Below, one piece after another: positions 25,619 to 39,379 of a DNA stretch of 64,000 nucleotides. Positions within the stretch are counted from its first letter, which is position 1; each line of letters starts with the position of its first letter. Under the pieces are notes generated by a model. That model searched no databases and was not told the DNA's origin. It saw only the letters and a program-made list of their open reading frames with translations. The stretch is taken from NCBI GenBank assembly GCA_951406725.2, contig OX597815.1:75268001-75332000 (forward strand), written 5' to 3'. Both the position numbers and the translations under genes were made by a program. The stretch comes from Octopus vulgaris. Taxonomy: Eukaryota.

Positions 25619-27450
25619 AGATTGATGAAAATGGTACTCTTCAAGACAATGTCAAAACCATGGGAGAGATATTGCAGAAACAATATTGCTCTGTTTTCAG
25701 CAATCCTGATATGACTGATCTGGGCTGTATCAGTGATGTTACTCCCCAATACACTTTATCGGACATAACATTTGGCGCTCCTGATGTCTTAGCAGCAATA
25801 AAGGAAATGAAGCATAATTCAGCAGTAGGTCCCGATAGGTTCCCTGCTTGTGTCTTGAAGATGTGTCAAAACCAACTTGCACCCCCTCTAGCCAATCTGT
25901 GGCGGAACTCACTGGATGCTGGATATATACCAGAAGACCTTCTATCCCAGTCTGTTGTCCCAGTTTTCAAAAAAGGAAACAAATCGCTTGCTGTGAATTA
26001 CCGTCCAATCTCACTCACCTCTCATATCATCAAGGTATTTGAGAGGGTACTGAGATCGCGTATGACTCACTTCCTTGAGAGTCATAATATGCTGAACCCC
26101 AACCAGCATGGATTCCGTAATGGGAGAGATTGCCTGACGCAGCTACTGCATCATTTTGATGACATTTTGAGAGCCTTGGGAGAAGGTTCCAACACTGATG
26201 TCATCTACCTTGATTTCAGCAAGGCCTTTGACAGGGTTGATCATAAGATCCTTCTGAGAAAGCTGTCCAATATTGGTGTCACTGGAAAGCTGCTGCAGTG
26301 GATCAAGTGCTTCCTGTCTAACAGAACCCAACATGTTGTAGTCGAAGGAGTCAAATCCAGCCCAGCCAAAGTCAGCAGTGGTGTCCCACAAGGCACTGTG
26401 TTGGGCCCACTTCTCTTCATCATCTACATAAATGATATTACTGACACCATCAAACACAGTAACATCAGAACCTTCGCTGATGATTCTAAGCTCCAGAAGG
26501 TCATCAATGGCGTGGATGACCGAATAAACCTTCAGTCAGACCTACTGGCTGTTGTCCAATGGGCGGAAAAGAATAACATGTTGCTAAATGAAGACAAATT
26601 TGAACTGATCCACTTTGGAAGAGAGGACATTCTGAAACTCCCATACTCTCTTCCTTCTGGAGAAATTCTCATGGCATCCAACAACATCAGAGACCTGGGA
26701 GTAACAGTGGACAACAACATAAGCTGGGCTACACATATAAGCAGCAAAGTTGACATGGCCCGCAGAATGTGTTCCTGGATTCTCAGAACCTTCCAGTCGA
26801 GAGATTCCCACGCTATTATCCTTCTCTTCTCCACTTTTGCCCGACCCCACCTTGAATACTGCTGTCCACTGTGGTCTCCCTACACAAAACAAAATATTAT
26901 GAGAATTGAAGCTCCCCAAAGGTCAATCACAAAAAAGATAGATGGCATGTCAGACCTTGACTACTGGGGTAGACTAGAGAAGCTGAAATTGTATTCACTC
27001 CAACGACGCCGTGAACGCTACATCATCTGTATGATGTGGAAAATATTCCACCAGCACTGTCCGAATGATGTTGGCATCACCTTCAAAATGCATCCAAGGC
27101 TAGGACCACGTGCCATCCGTCCACAACAAAAATCTAAATCGCATCACATAACGACAATACGGCACAACTATTTCACCTCAATTGGACCTGCTCTCTTCAA
27201 CATTACACCAGGGCACGTCAAAAAAGAAACTGACCACACAAAATTCAAGAAGTCTTTGGACAAATTCCTTAAAACAGTACCGGACAAACCACCCACACCC
27301 GGATATGTCTCTGCAAACAATAACTCTCTGCTCGAATGGGCCTTGGTGCCCAAATCCTGAACTGAAAGACTTCGCCAGGTGGTGCTATTAAGTTAGACAT
27401 GGCCTGGGCCAATACTGGCCAAAACCTTTCTAAGTTATTCTAAGTTATTC
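25619..27450 (+). mobile_element. Young 5'-truncated CR1-group LINE
   Basis: Begins abruptly after (TCTA)n with an open frame to 27360. Short 3' UTR ends in tandem TTCTAAGTTA repeats, then (TA)n. Confidence 0.9.
25660..27360 (+). CDS. LINE ORF2 reverse transcriptase domain and C-terminus (no endonuclease)
   Basis: 566 aa uninterrupted: NYRPISLTS, QHGFR, YLDFSKAFDRVDH, GVPQGTVLGPLLF, FADDSK, RDLGV, PHLEYC..WSP, LYSLQRRRER. Confidence 0.92.
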   Translation: MGEILQKQYCSVFSNPDMTDLGCISDVTPQYTLSDITFGAPDVLAAIKEMKHNSAVGPDRFPACVLKMCQNQLAPPLANLWRNSLDAGYIPEDLLSQSVVPVFKKGNKSLAVNYRPISLTSHIIKVFERVLRSRMTHFLESHNMLNPNQHGFRNGRDCLTQLLHHFDDILRALGEGSNTDVIYLDFSKAFDRVDHKILLRKLSNIGVTGKLLQWIKCFLSNRTQHVVVEGVKSSPAKVSSGVPQGTVLGPLLFIIYINDITDTIKHSNIRTFADDSKLQKVINGVDDRINLQSDLLAVVQWAEKNNMLLNEDKFELIHFGREDILKLPYSLPSGEILMASNNIRDLGVTVDNNISWATHISSKVDMARRMCSWILRTFQSRDSHAIILLFSTFARPHLEYCCPLWSPYTKQNIMRIEAPQRSITKKIDGMSDLDYWGRLEKLKLYSLQRRRERYIICMMWKIFHQHCPNDVGITFKMHPRLGPRAIRPQQKSKSHHITTIRHNYFTSIGPALFNITPGHVKKETDHTKFKKSLDKFLKTVPDKPPTPGYVSANNNSLLEWALVPKS

Positions 27451-27477
27451 TATATATATATGTATATACATACATAC

Positions 27478-27510
<33 letters not shown>

Positions 27511-27608
27511 TATAGGTCGTCCTTCTAGAGGCCCCAGTATACATATATATATATATATATACATGTATATAAATATATATATACACTTAAACTTCTTTCT
27601 CAACACTC

Positions 27609-27639
<31 letters not shown>

Positions 27640-27687
27640 TGTATGTATGTATGTTTGTATGTATCTATCTATCTCTATCTCTCTCTA

Positions 27688-28250
<563 letters not shown>

Positions 28251-28254
28251 ATAT

Positions 28255-28460
28255 TTGGGTAATATCGCCCGTTTTTCCGTCCTTGTTTTGTATACATTCG
28301 AGGCTTTCTTCCAAGGAATCTAATGCGCTTGGCTTAAATTTTCCTTTGGGGCTGGCCAGATCGGAGCAATCTCAAGATTAATCAGCCGAAATTGCGAGGA
28401 TGATCCGGTTCATCGTCTTCTAAATGTTTTGCGTTCTTGTCCCAGTTTGTATTTTTTTAC
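28255..28460 (+). mobile_element. Short element in (TA)n carrying a truncated permuted-hammerhead motif (Penelope pLTR-like)
   Basis: Bounded by TA repeats on both sides. Contains gcaA-TC-tcaaga...GAAA-ttgc and a T-rich 3' end. Confidence 0.5.
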
Positions 28461-28482
28461 ATATACATACATACATTCATAC

Positions 28483-28557
<75 letters not shown>

Positions 28558-29036
28558 CATATATATATGTATATATTTATATGTATATATGTGTGTGCGT
28601 ATGTATGTATGTATGTATGTATGTATGTATGTATGTATGCATGTGTGTATGTACGTAAGTATGTAAATATCAATGTTAAAGAAAGTTTGAGTGTCAAATC
28701 GATCGTTGTTATTGCTTGAAAGAGCCTGAAGTAAGATCAATGGGGTAAAAAGCATGAAGGAAAGAATGAGTGAAGGGCAGAATGAAAGCAAAGAAGAAAT
28801 TACGGAAGGAAGGAAGTAAGAGAGAAAGTAAAATGTAAGTAAAGTGAGGAATATTAGGTGTTTGACAAATAGGTGTGATGTTTGATTAGCAATAAACCAT
28901 TTTCTGCATGAGAAGATGCACTGTTCTGATGTTTTATGCATGACTGAATAATTATAGAAATATGTCATAATGGTCGAAGGTAAGTAGCCACGCCGGACAA
29001 GTTCATACTAAAACAGAAGACTTGGTCCAGGTGATG

Positions 29037-29102
<66 letters not shown>

Positions 29103-29561
29103 TCTGATGATGAAGAGGAAGTGTAGAGGGTTCTGAATGGTGTTTATGATAATAATTACTATTGTGTTTTCTTAACAATGATGATAATAGTTTTCTAACA
29201 AAGACACATGGACACAAATTTTAGAGAAGGACAGGGTCGATTGAATTGACCACAGTACTTGAAAGGCACTTTTCTTTTTTAAATAAATCCTAGAAGGATC
29301 AAAGGCGATATCGACCTCGGCAGAAACATAACTAAATACTGCAAGATGTTTTTTTTTCCCAGCGCATTTTATGAGTTCTTCTACTAATCACTGCTTTAAT
29401 AGTAATGTTTACTGATTTAGGTACAGGGTTAACAGTTTTTTTAAGGGGAGGGGTTAATTTATTATTTGAATCTCAGTAATGGTACTTTATTTTAATGGCA
29501 CCGAAAGAGAGGTGCTCCTCCTCACAAGACATAGACTAAGCTATCAGCAGCAACAGCAGTG

Positions 29562-29628
<67 letters not shown>

Positions 29629-31740
29629 CAGCAGCAGCAGTTTTTTTGCCTGGGGTGCTAACGATTTTACTTGCGAGCTACCTTCAATAATAATAATATT
29701 TTCAAATATTGGCTCAAGGGCAGCAAGTTCAGGGGTGGAAGTAAGTCAATTACATCGACCCCAATGCTCAACTGGTGCTTATTTTATTGACACTGAAAGT
29801 GATGAAACACAAAGTTGATCATGGCGGAATTTTGTCTGGCGCTGTAACAATCCTGCCAGCTTCCGCCTCAAAATTTGAAATACTATCATGGACTAGATTC
29901 CCAATTCTAGGACCAGCAAATAGTGTAGAGGAAGTCAGTAACTCGACCTTTTTTTCGTGTCGGGCAACGAATCCAAAGGAGCCTCTCTCAAATTAGAATA
30001 ACAACCTTCACTCTCACAGTGATATCAAGATCTTGCAATTTATCTTCAAATTATTTGATTTCATTCATCTATAAATCAACAGTTATTACCCTTCATTGAT
30101 GAATATCTCCGTAACACCGACCTTGAAAAATTCGACAGAAGAAAACTAACAACAGATGGGTCGACAAAGATGGCGGAAAATTTCCAGATCGTGGTATTTG
30201 AGTTTTATGACTCCACCTCTTCTTCAGAGGAAAAAAACAAATAATGTATTTATAAACTAAACAGTAAGACCAACTAAGTCTAGCACCATGCAATGTTTTA
30301 TCTAAGTTTTATCGCAGCTTAAGTATCTGTAGAGATAGAAATCTTTGTAAACTTCACACCGAGTCAATGATTAAAAACTTAGCTTCAACGAATAACACAC
30401 TACAAAGCCTTTATTGTTCTATATTTATTACTTTTATTTGTTCCAATTTTCAATATCCAACAAACAATTTCACACTCTGTTCAATGACTCATCTATTATA
30501 TGAAAATGATTCAGTGTTATTAAGTAAGCAACCATCTTGTTTCTACTAAAATCACATCAATATTACTTTACAAACACAGAGTAAGTTGAACAAAATCAAG
30601 AATACGTTTGTTACTGACATTGCTTGAAAGTTTGAGCTCTTCTAACTTACACACTGCATGGTTGTCGTTGTTTTGTATTGTGAAGAGTAGATAAAAGTTG
30701 TTATTATCGAAAATTTTCCGACATTCTTAGACGAATGAGGATGGCTGACACGTTAAAAATTTTGATTAGTAAAGATGAAACAATGTGCAATACAAGATAT
30801 AACTTTTTCAAAGTGTCCCTTTCTCTCTCTCTCACACACACACATGGACATGCACACACACCACAACCGCTCACACACACACACACAAACTAACTCCTTC
30901 ATACACGTCCACACATATATACACATTCACAGGCACACATATCCATATACAGATACACACACATTTTGATATATTTATGTACAACAAACATACAATAATA
31001 TATAAAAGTATATAGATGTAGAAGTCAAATATATGTGAGTGCGTGTGTGTGTGTGTGTGTGTATGTATACATATATATGTGTATATATATATATATGCAT
31101 ATATAATATAGATTTCTATATATTTATATATATGCGAGTATATGTATGTATATGCTTTTGATATGTATATTTCTGGCGTTTAATATCTTTCTTAATGGCT
31201 TCTTCAGCTCTTCCTACTGAGAAAAAGAGAGAGAAAATGCAATACAACGAAAATAAATAAATAACTAGCGAAAAACGTTAAAAGACAAAGAAAAAAAAAT
31301 GCACATAGGAAGAATGAAAAAGGATGAGTTGTGTTCGCCAAGTCGTTAGACCATCCATCACTTGAGAAATCTACTGACCTCTCTCTTTCGAAGTTCATTA
31401 GTGCTGCGCTGCTCTGCTACACCTACCAAAGTCAATGTTGATTACGAAGCTACCTGGCGTTTTCTCTTGATTCATGGACTGTCTGACATTACTGAGCACA
31501 ATACGTTTGCATGTGACTTCATCTATCATTGAAGCCGTGTACAGTTTATTGCGTGTTTTTGATTTCAACTCCCCACAGGATAATCTGGTCCAACTATAAT
31601 AGACGCCATCATTCTGGCGCCATTTTCCGTGTTACAATGATATATGTGCAGCGAACATTAAGTTCTCTACGGCGTGAGGGAAACAAAATAATTTGCAAAT
31701 TCTCTAATAAAACAATGAGAAAAATAACAAAACAAAACAT

Positions 31741-31835
<95 letters not shown>

Positions 31836-32706
31836 TTAAACTAACAAAAAACAAAGAACGATAAAATTCTTATACGGTTTTTAGAATAGAATTTTTATAT
31901 AAAATTAGCTTATTTGTTATATTTGGGAAATAACATTAAAAATTGTTTAAGGTACCTTACTCCATTAGATCATAATTATAAGCTTAAAAATACACCGACC
32001 TTCAGTGAAATAACATTCAACATTGTAATAAAAGCTCCGGTAATAAACGTGCAAAGGATTGTTGTAAGATATATTTGGATAACTGATGATTTTTAAATGT
32101 ACAGTGCAATCACAAAATTCATTGTTGTAAATAAGAATAGGGTCCAGAAAATACATAGCTATATTGCATGTATAACCAGCGATCAAATATAACTTGTAAT
32201 CAGTATGAATCATATACAATTCGCTGATGTATTTTAGGCGTAGCATACGTCGAGAGCGGGTACATCTTGAGAATCACATCCTTGAGACAATGGAACATCC
32301 AAGACGTAATAGATTCAACACTCCTAGTGAAGGACAACCCCACTTCTCGTTAGAACTTCCTTCTAGAAGAAAGTAAGCTCGTATAAAAGAATATAAGCGC
32401 AGTTGATCTCTGATCGTCTCAACCTCTGTTGTGTCGCTGGTTTTATAGCAGATTGCACTGAAAAGTGGGTTCAGTGTCGTGCAACACTTTACCCACTCAA
32501 AACAAATTGACACACAGGAACTTCTTGGTTTATTCAAACATGCGCACGGACTTGCTGAGTCGAGGAAGTAAGTGGTCTTACGCGATCACGAGTTGACTTC
32601 CACCATACTATATATATATATGTATATGTTCAGAGAGTGAGAGAGAGAGAAAGAGAGACAGACAGAGCGATACGCATTAGGACTGTAATTTATTTATCGA
32701 CTTGAG

Positions 32707-32818
<112 letters not shown>

Positions 32819-32925
32819 TCGGGGTGAGTACTTGATAATTATAAGCACCTGTGTATACCGTTTGGTGGTGTAGGTGGTGGAGTAAATTGATCAAAATAAA
32901 ATAAAAACATGATGCGAAGGATTCA

Positions 32926-33003
32926 GCGGTACATATGTTTCGGGCATTTATTAGACAGATTTATAACAAAGCATAATGTATGTCTGTGGCCTTCTTCAGC
33001 CGC
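32926..33003 (-). ncRNA. Type I hammerhead ribozyme motif (mirror copy)
   Basis: Left arm of the palindrome. Same motif with one substitution in stem II. Confidence 0.72.
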
Positions 33004-33021
33004 GCGTGGAAGCTGTTGTGC

Positions 33022-33099
33022 GCGGCTGAAGAAGGCCACAGACATACATTATGCTTTGTTATAAATCTGTCTAATAAAGGCCCGAAACATATGTACCGC
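33022..33099 (+). ncRNA. Type I hammerhead ribozyme motif
   Basis: gcgg-CTGAAGA-aggcc...aggccc-GAAA-catatg-TA-ccgc. Stem I gcgg/ccgc, palindromic stem III, GUA cleavage triplet. Confidence 0.8.
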
Positions 33100-33135
33100 T
33101 GAATCCTTCGCATCATGTTTTTATTTTATTTTGAT

Positions 33136-33221
<86 letters not shown>

Positions 33222-33379
33222 TATATAAGGTACATTTTAACTCGGAAGGATGCGAACTTACAATGAGAATGGCTGGTAAAATACCGAAGGGAATTTATCC
33301 AAGGGTCATATGATTCTGCCAACAAACTGACATTACACATACGTGTGTACAAAGAGCGAGAAAGTGAGAAAGAGAAAGG

Positions 33380-33458
<79 letters not shown>

Positions 33459-33552
33459 CATATATATACATACAGGTTTTTATGTATATGCGTGCGTGTA
33501 TTTTGGGTATATGCGTGTGTACATGTGTATGTATGAGCGTATGTATGTATAT

Positions 33553-33583
<31 letters not shown>

Positions 33584-34699
33584 TATGCATGTGCGTGGTG
33601 TAAATTGTAACAGAATCGAGTCTGCTATGTAAGCTCAATTAGCAGTTAAACCATGAGATTTACTGACCGTAATCAAGGATAATTACTCTTGGCACACTAA
33701 ATGAAGACGATATATTCTGTCGTGATTCAAATGTACATAAACGGTTTCATGAAAATACACATACATATACCGATCATTTTATCAATATATCTGTTCTCCT
33801 TACTTTTCCCCACATGCACACACACATATAGTGAATAAGATATGTATATGTGTTGCTTTATACACACACATATATTAGCCGTATACCTCAATGCACTGAA
33901 CTCAATGGATGAGTTCAGTAGAACAAAATGAATGCTACTTTGTCACGAATCATAATATTAATAAATATATATGTTATGTTCTCGATGTTTTGTCACTGAT
34001 AAGTAGAGTAATTGAACCAAAGAATACGTTGTTACGGACTAAACTTCTTGACCGCTCGGCTAAACTGTGTCGCCACGAAATTTACCATAATTTGACTCCC
34101 AACAGTAACCGTTCCTTTATATTCTTCAGCCTATTTCATAATAATTCTTTATAATTTCGGCACAAGGCCAGCAATTTTGAAGGGAGTGGTTAAGTCTACA
34201 TCAACTACAGTATTTGACTTGTACTCTATTTCGATTTGTACTTTATTTTTACGACTCTGAAGGAATGAAAAGAAACGCTGACCTCGGTCGGACTTGAACC
34301 CAGAACGTAAAAATCTACGCAGTGTGTTCGAGATGCTATCTATTCTGCCAGCTCACTATCTTAAACTTTGTTTTTTGGTGGTGGGATAATTTTTATGTTA
34401 AACTTAATAATGTTTACAGTGAATTACTCTGATATGATGAAAAAGGAATGCAGCATTGTCTTTTGATCTTCTTTCAGGATCACTGGTACTCACATTCAAT
34501 CATCTCACTTACACATGTAGCAAGGCATGCACTCTTCATTCACAGTACAGGCCAGACAAAATGGGTTGAAGCATCATATGATCAAATAACGTAACAATTG
34601 AAAAAAAAAAAAGAAACATTGCATTGTCTTTTGATTTCGCTGGCGTTCGAATGCAGGGGGATAATTATGGGGAAACACGTGAATTTCTGTATGTATGTT

Positions 34700-36002
34700 T
34701 AGCTAGGGTGGTTTATTTTGCCCCGGTGTTTCTGGCAGTGATATGTTTTGAGTGAATGGATTATTTGTGGCTTTTGGGGGGAAAATGAATAGGATGTTTG
34801 TGGCTTGTGTGTGTATTGTGGATGCGAGTTTTTGGTTGTCTTTGGTGCTCTCTTTATGGGTGCGAGGGGGTACCTTCCATTTTCGTCTCTTTTTGACCAT
34901 TGTTCATCCGTTGTCGCTTTCCTCGAACAAGGTTGGTGCTGGTTCCTTTGGGATGTCCCTCTTGGGGTTCTCCGCTTCCTTCTGTGGCAACTTTGATGTA
35001 GGCTGTTTTATCGTGGTGTTGGTCGACTTCCTTCTGTCTTTCTTCGGGTCGTCAGTTTGTGGTGGGTTGATGGGTTGTTGCGTCACGGTGCTGGCTGGCT
35101 CCCCCTTGCTTTCCTTTGGGTCGTCAGACTGTGGTGGGTTGCTAAGCGGAGGGGTGCTTCTGGCTGTAGGGCCTGTGGGCACGTGGTTTTTAAGTGGCCC
35201 TTTTGCCTACACTTAAAGCACCTTGGACTTCTTCCCTTCACCACGACTCTTAGTGTGGTCTCGTCCGGAAGTATTATTTGCTCTGGTATTTCTTCCAAGT
35301 CCTTCTGGGTGGCCTGGATTATTAGCTCCAAATCTTGTTCCCATCAGTTCTATTGGTGTAACCAGGTGGCCTGAGGGATAGTGGCTCTATCCTCCAGGTT
35401 CAGCAGTACGGTTGCTACCAGCCACACCGCATCGATTTCTGGTGGGACCTCCCCTATATTTATTTGCGATGTTTGCCTTCCAAGGCAAGTCAGCAGTAAC
35501 ACCAGATCTGCCGGCTTTAAAGGAGACGTAGAATGTTCCTTTGCCTCCTCTTCGGAAGCGAATCTCACCTTTACTGTGCCGAATCGCCTTCCTCTATTTA
35601 CATATTTTATGTCGCGCCAAATTTGTAGTAGGCACTTTCGATGGCATCCTTAGAGGCCATCTCTATCCTTTTTATTGTCAGAGACAGCGTTCTGTAAACT
35701 ATTGTTTTGCGTTTTGTGTTGTACATCACTTCTTCTGGGGGAGTCAGCTTCATATTTGCAACTTCAATGTTGTTCTGATAGTGTAAAATATTTACCACAA
35801 AGGAAAACAATTCGCCCCTGAACAGGGGAAATTTGCACAAAAAACGAATTTGCTAAAGTAGGCAATGTGTCTAAAGAACACAGAACACAGAAAAAGTTGC
35901 ATAACAGTTCAAAAACAACGGTAATCCCAAAAGGGAAAACCTACAATTAAATGAGAGCAGCAGAAAAACACGTCTGTTCAGTAAAAGGCACTGAAAAAGC
36001 CG
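34700..36002 (-). mobile_element. LINE ORF1 (gag-like) relic, L1/Tx1-type
   Basis: Frameshifted minus-strand ORFs with a CCHC knuckle CFKCRQKGHLKTTC, preceded by LRVVVKGRSPR and followed by a P/T/K-rich tail. Confidence 0.7.
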
Positions 36003-36074
36003 CTGTCTTAAACTTGCTTCATAATAATACTAAACTTAGTTTATCATATATATATATATATATATATATACATA

Positions 36075-36308
36075 CATAGTCAATTGAACAAACAAAGAAT
36101 TTAAAAGGACGAATAAAAAACGAAGAGAGAAAAAAATGAAAAGAGAAAAAAAAAACGAATGTAAGGACGTGCACAAGAATTATATTAGTTTGATGGTCGG
36201 TAAAAAAGAGAGGTTTTAACGTTTCAAGCATGTCTCTTCGTCGGAAAGGAGAAAGGGGAAAAGTCCAGAAAAGAAGGAAAAAGGAAAATACCAACCGTTC
36301 ACGTTTGG

Positions 36309-36310
<2 letters not shown>
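36075..36310 (-). mobile_element. Short (TA)n-embedded element with degenerate minimal hammerhead
   Basis: Minus strand ttt-CCGACGA-agagacatgctt-GAAA-cg-TT-aaa (36214-36248). Alignable by eye with 46211-46420. Confidence 0.55.
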
Positions 36311-36389
<79 letters not shown>

Positions 36390-37677
36390 ATAGTCTCCTA
36401 TAAAGGCACAATGCAACTCGATTCCTTCTCTTCACTTCCCAACTCTTCCGTACAACCGCATTCTCTCCTGGCCCCTTACCATCTTTTCTTTTCCACAACT
36501 TCTCTCGTTCTTTTTATTTTCCCGCCACTTCTTTTTTCGTTATTTTATTTTTCTGATGAAAACTCCAACGTATATATTGTATATTTTCTTTTTTATTTTT
36601 AGAGATATTACTGAAAGAAATTTGAGTGTTATAAACATTGTTTTGCTTAGAAAGCCGGTGAATCACCAAACAGTGTTTCGACTTGATCTGATCTCCTCAG
36701 GCATTGTGATCCATTCCGAAAATGCTTGATTCAGTATAGAAATTGGCAAATAGAATAAAATTATATCAGTATAATAAGCAAACTTAAATCAAAATACAGG
36801 TATGTATAACATGAAGCGGTACCAACTATAACATATACAGCTAATGTCGATCTGTGTTTGGAAACACATTCCAAATGGCATACAGACTGCTATTTGAATC
36901 TATGAAATTAATGCTTAATATTTGCATGAAATTATTTCCTTTTCATTGTAGTCTGTATATATCTTTGGTTAGCCTAATCGACTAAACGATTGGTTTTTGT
37001 AATTGTATATTCTTGCTATTTCATTCTTTTTTTCCATAAAAGTAGTGGCAAAATCGTTATATAATCGGAATAAATACTTTAGTGTATTTACTTGCTCTGA
37101 CAAGGTACGAACGCAAATATAGCCATTCATATTTCTGGGATCGATCCAGTGATAAAATAACTACCAGTTAAATTTTGAATGATAGGTTTCCGCCAATAAA
37201 TTCGAAGCTGTATACCAGTAGAAGAAACCATTAATTTTAATATAATTTACTTTCATTTCTTTCTTTCCTTCTCTCATTCTTTATTATCATTATTATTACT
37301 ATTTTCCTTTTTTTCTAAAGACTACAATCTTTAATCGAATACGGATCTCTGACTCGATTTCTCGTGGGTTTAACCTCATCTTCAACACCGCTAGCCATAT
37401 ACAAAGGCCGCCTATTAATTCTCATTACCCGGAACTTCCAATTACCTCCATATCGGATTGCCTTTCAGCCCCTTCCACTATTTAGTGATAAAGAGATATG
37501 TGTTTACTAAAATTGATATTGAGAACGATGCTTCTGTTTTCACCAAGATCAAGCTCCTTCTCTCCCTATGCTTCTATTCCTCCTACTCCTATCCTCTTTC
37601 TTTCAAAATACTTGTGTGATATGCTCTCTCTCTCTCTCTCTCTCATTCTTTCTCTCTCTCTCATTCTTTCTCTCTCT

Positions 37678-37753
<76 letters not shown>

Positions 37754-38099
37754 GAGCGTGTGCTTGTGCGTGCCAGCGTGTATGTGTGTTCGATCATAAG
37801 ATGCAAATGATATCGAGCAGCGTATTTTACTTTCTCGTGTAGTGAGTTGGCAGAATTGTTTGCAAGTCTGACAAAATGCTTCGCAGTATTTCTTCCGGCT
37901 CTTTACGTTCTGAGTTCAAATCTAGCTGAGGTCAACTTTCCATTTCATCTATTCTGGGTCTATAAAATAAATTAGCAGTCGAGTACTGGGCTCGATGTAA
38001 TCGACTGGTCCCCTTTCCCTCAACGGACCAGTATTCCATTTATGGACAATGCTGTGAATTCACTCACTTATGCTCCACAGATACCGGGTAACCGGCCTT

Positions 38100-38990
38100 A
38101 TGAGTTTTGGGGCTTAGAAAAAAAAAAGAGTTTTCTTTCTATGTATTCTTTGGTGGATGGGCTAAAAATGACAAAGAAGGAATTTGATAGACTTAGTTTT
38201 TTTTTTAATTTTTGTATGATAAGTTCTTTCTATCTAGGTTTTCTCTGAGATAAGAAAGCACATCTGTTTTGGGGTTGTATAGGAGATCCTCAGGAAGAGA
38301 ATGCTTTTTGAGGAGCTCCCCTGCTAACTCGTACAATGTTGTTCACTTCACTTTTCAGGACTGCATTTATATATTTAATTTTTGCTGCTGTTATTCAGCA
38401 GGTGTTGCCTGTGTGATACCATACAGCATTCAAAGGCCGTCATTTCTTATTAGGTAGAGTTTGTCAACATCACTGTTTCTGTGGAAGTTCCCAGTTATCA
38501 GAATTTTGCAGGTTTTGATATCTATGAAGTGGATATCCTCTACAGACCAATCAAGTATCTCAGACATTGGGATCAGCTCTGGTACTGCAAATACATTGTT
38601 GGATATTGTTTTGTTATAAGAGGAGTGTTCTGACTGCCATATTTTCCTAATATCTTCAGGTCACTCTATGTTTATTCACAGTGCCTTCATATGATACATT
38701 TTCATCTATGCCTAGGTACTTGTAACATTCTTTGTGTGGAATAGGGGAGATAGAAAAATCCTTGATGCATAGGTTTTGGGTTTGGTGGGATGACTTTCCT
38801 CGTTCTATAATCAAATATGAACATTTCTCTTGGCCAAATTCCATACCTATATCAGCTGAAAATGTTATTATTCCAGATATTTTTTGGTATTGTTAACACT
38901 TTTAGGTCGTCTGCAAATAAATTATGAGTTACATTGATATTTCTAGCAGTTGAAGATCCTATCATGTAACCATTTTTTCTTCTGTAGGAA
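38100..38990 (-). pseudogene. R4/Dong-like LINE reverse transcriptase fragment
   Basis: Minus strand THNLFADDLK, MEFGQEKCS, YKYLGI, YNKTISNNVFAVP, FHRNSDVDKLYL. Confidence 0.75.
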
Positions 38991-39103
38991 CGATAATGGA
39001 TTCAGTACCAAAATGATGTATGTATGTATGTATGTATGTATGTATGTATGTATGTATGTATGTATGTATGTATGCTTGCAGGTACGCATGCATGCATGTA
39101 TGC

Positions 39104-39177
<74 letters not shown>

Positions 39178-39182
39178 CATGA

Positions 39183-39220
<38 letters not shown>

Positions 39221-39276
39221 ATGTATTTGTAAATTTACATACACGTAAATACGCAAGAATATCATCATCGTCGTCG

Positions 39277-39361
<85 letters not shown>

Positions 39362-39379
39362 CATTGTTGTTATAGTTAT

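Larger units (their letters stand above)
32886..33139. repeat. Palindrome with 120-bp arms and a 14-nt spacer
   Basis: 32886-33005 is the reverse complement of 33020-33139, with one mismatch seen. Confidence 0.97.

Noticed and set aside
25660-27360. Host gene or bacterial retron/group II intron RT
   Set aside because: Motifs, 5' truncation and the tandem 3' tail are those of a CR1-group LINE.
32240-32605. Possible solo LTR or unique element
   Set aside because: Boundaries and TSD cannot be defined by eye.
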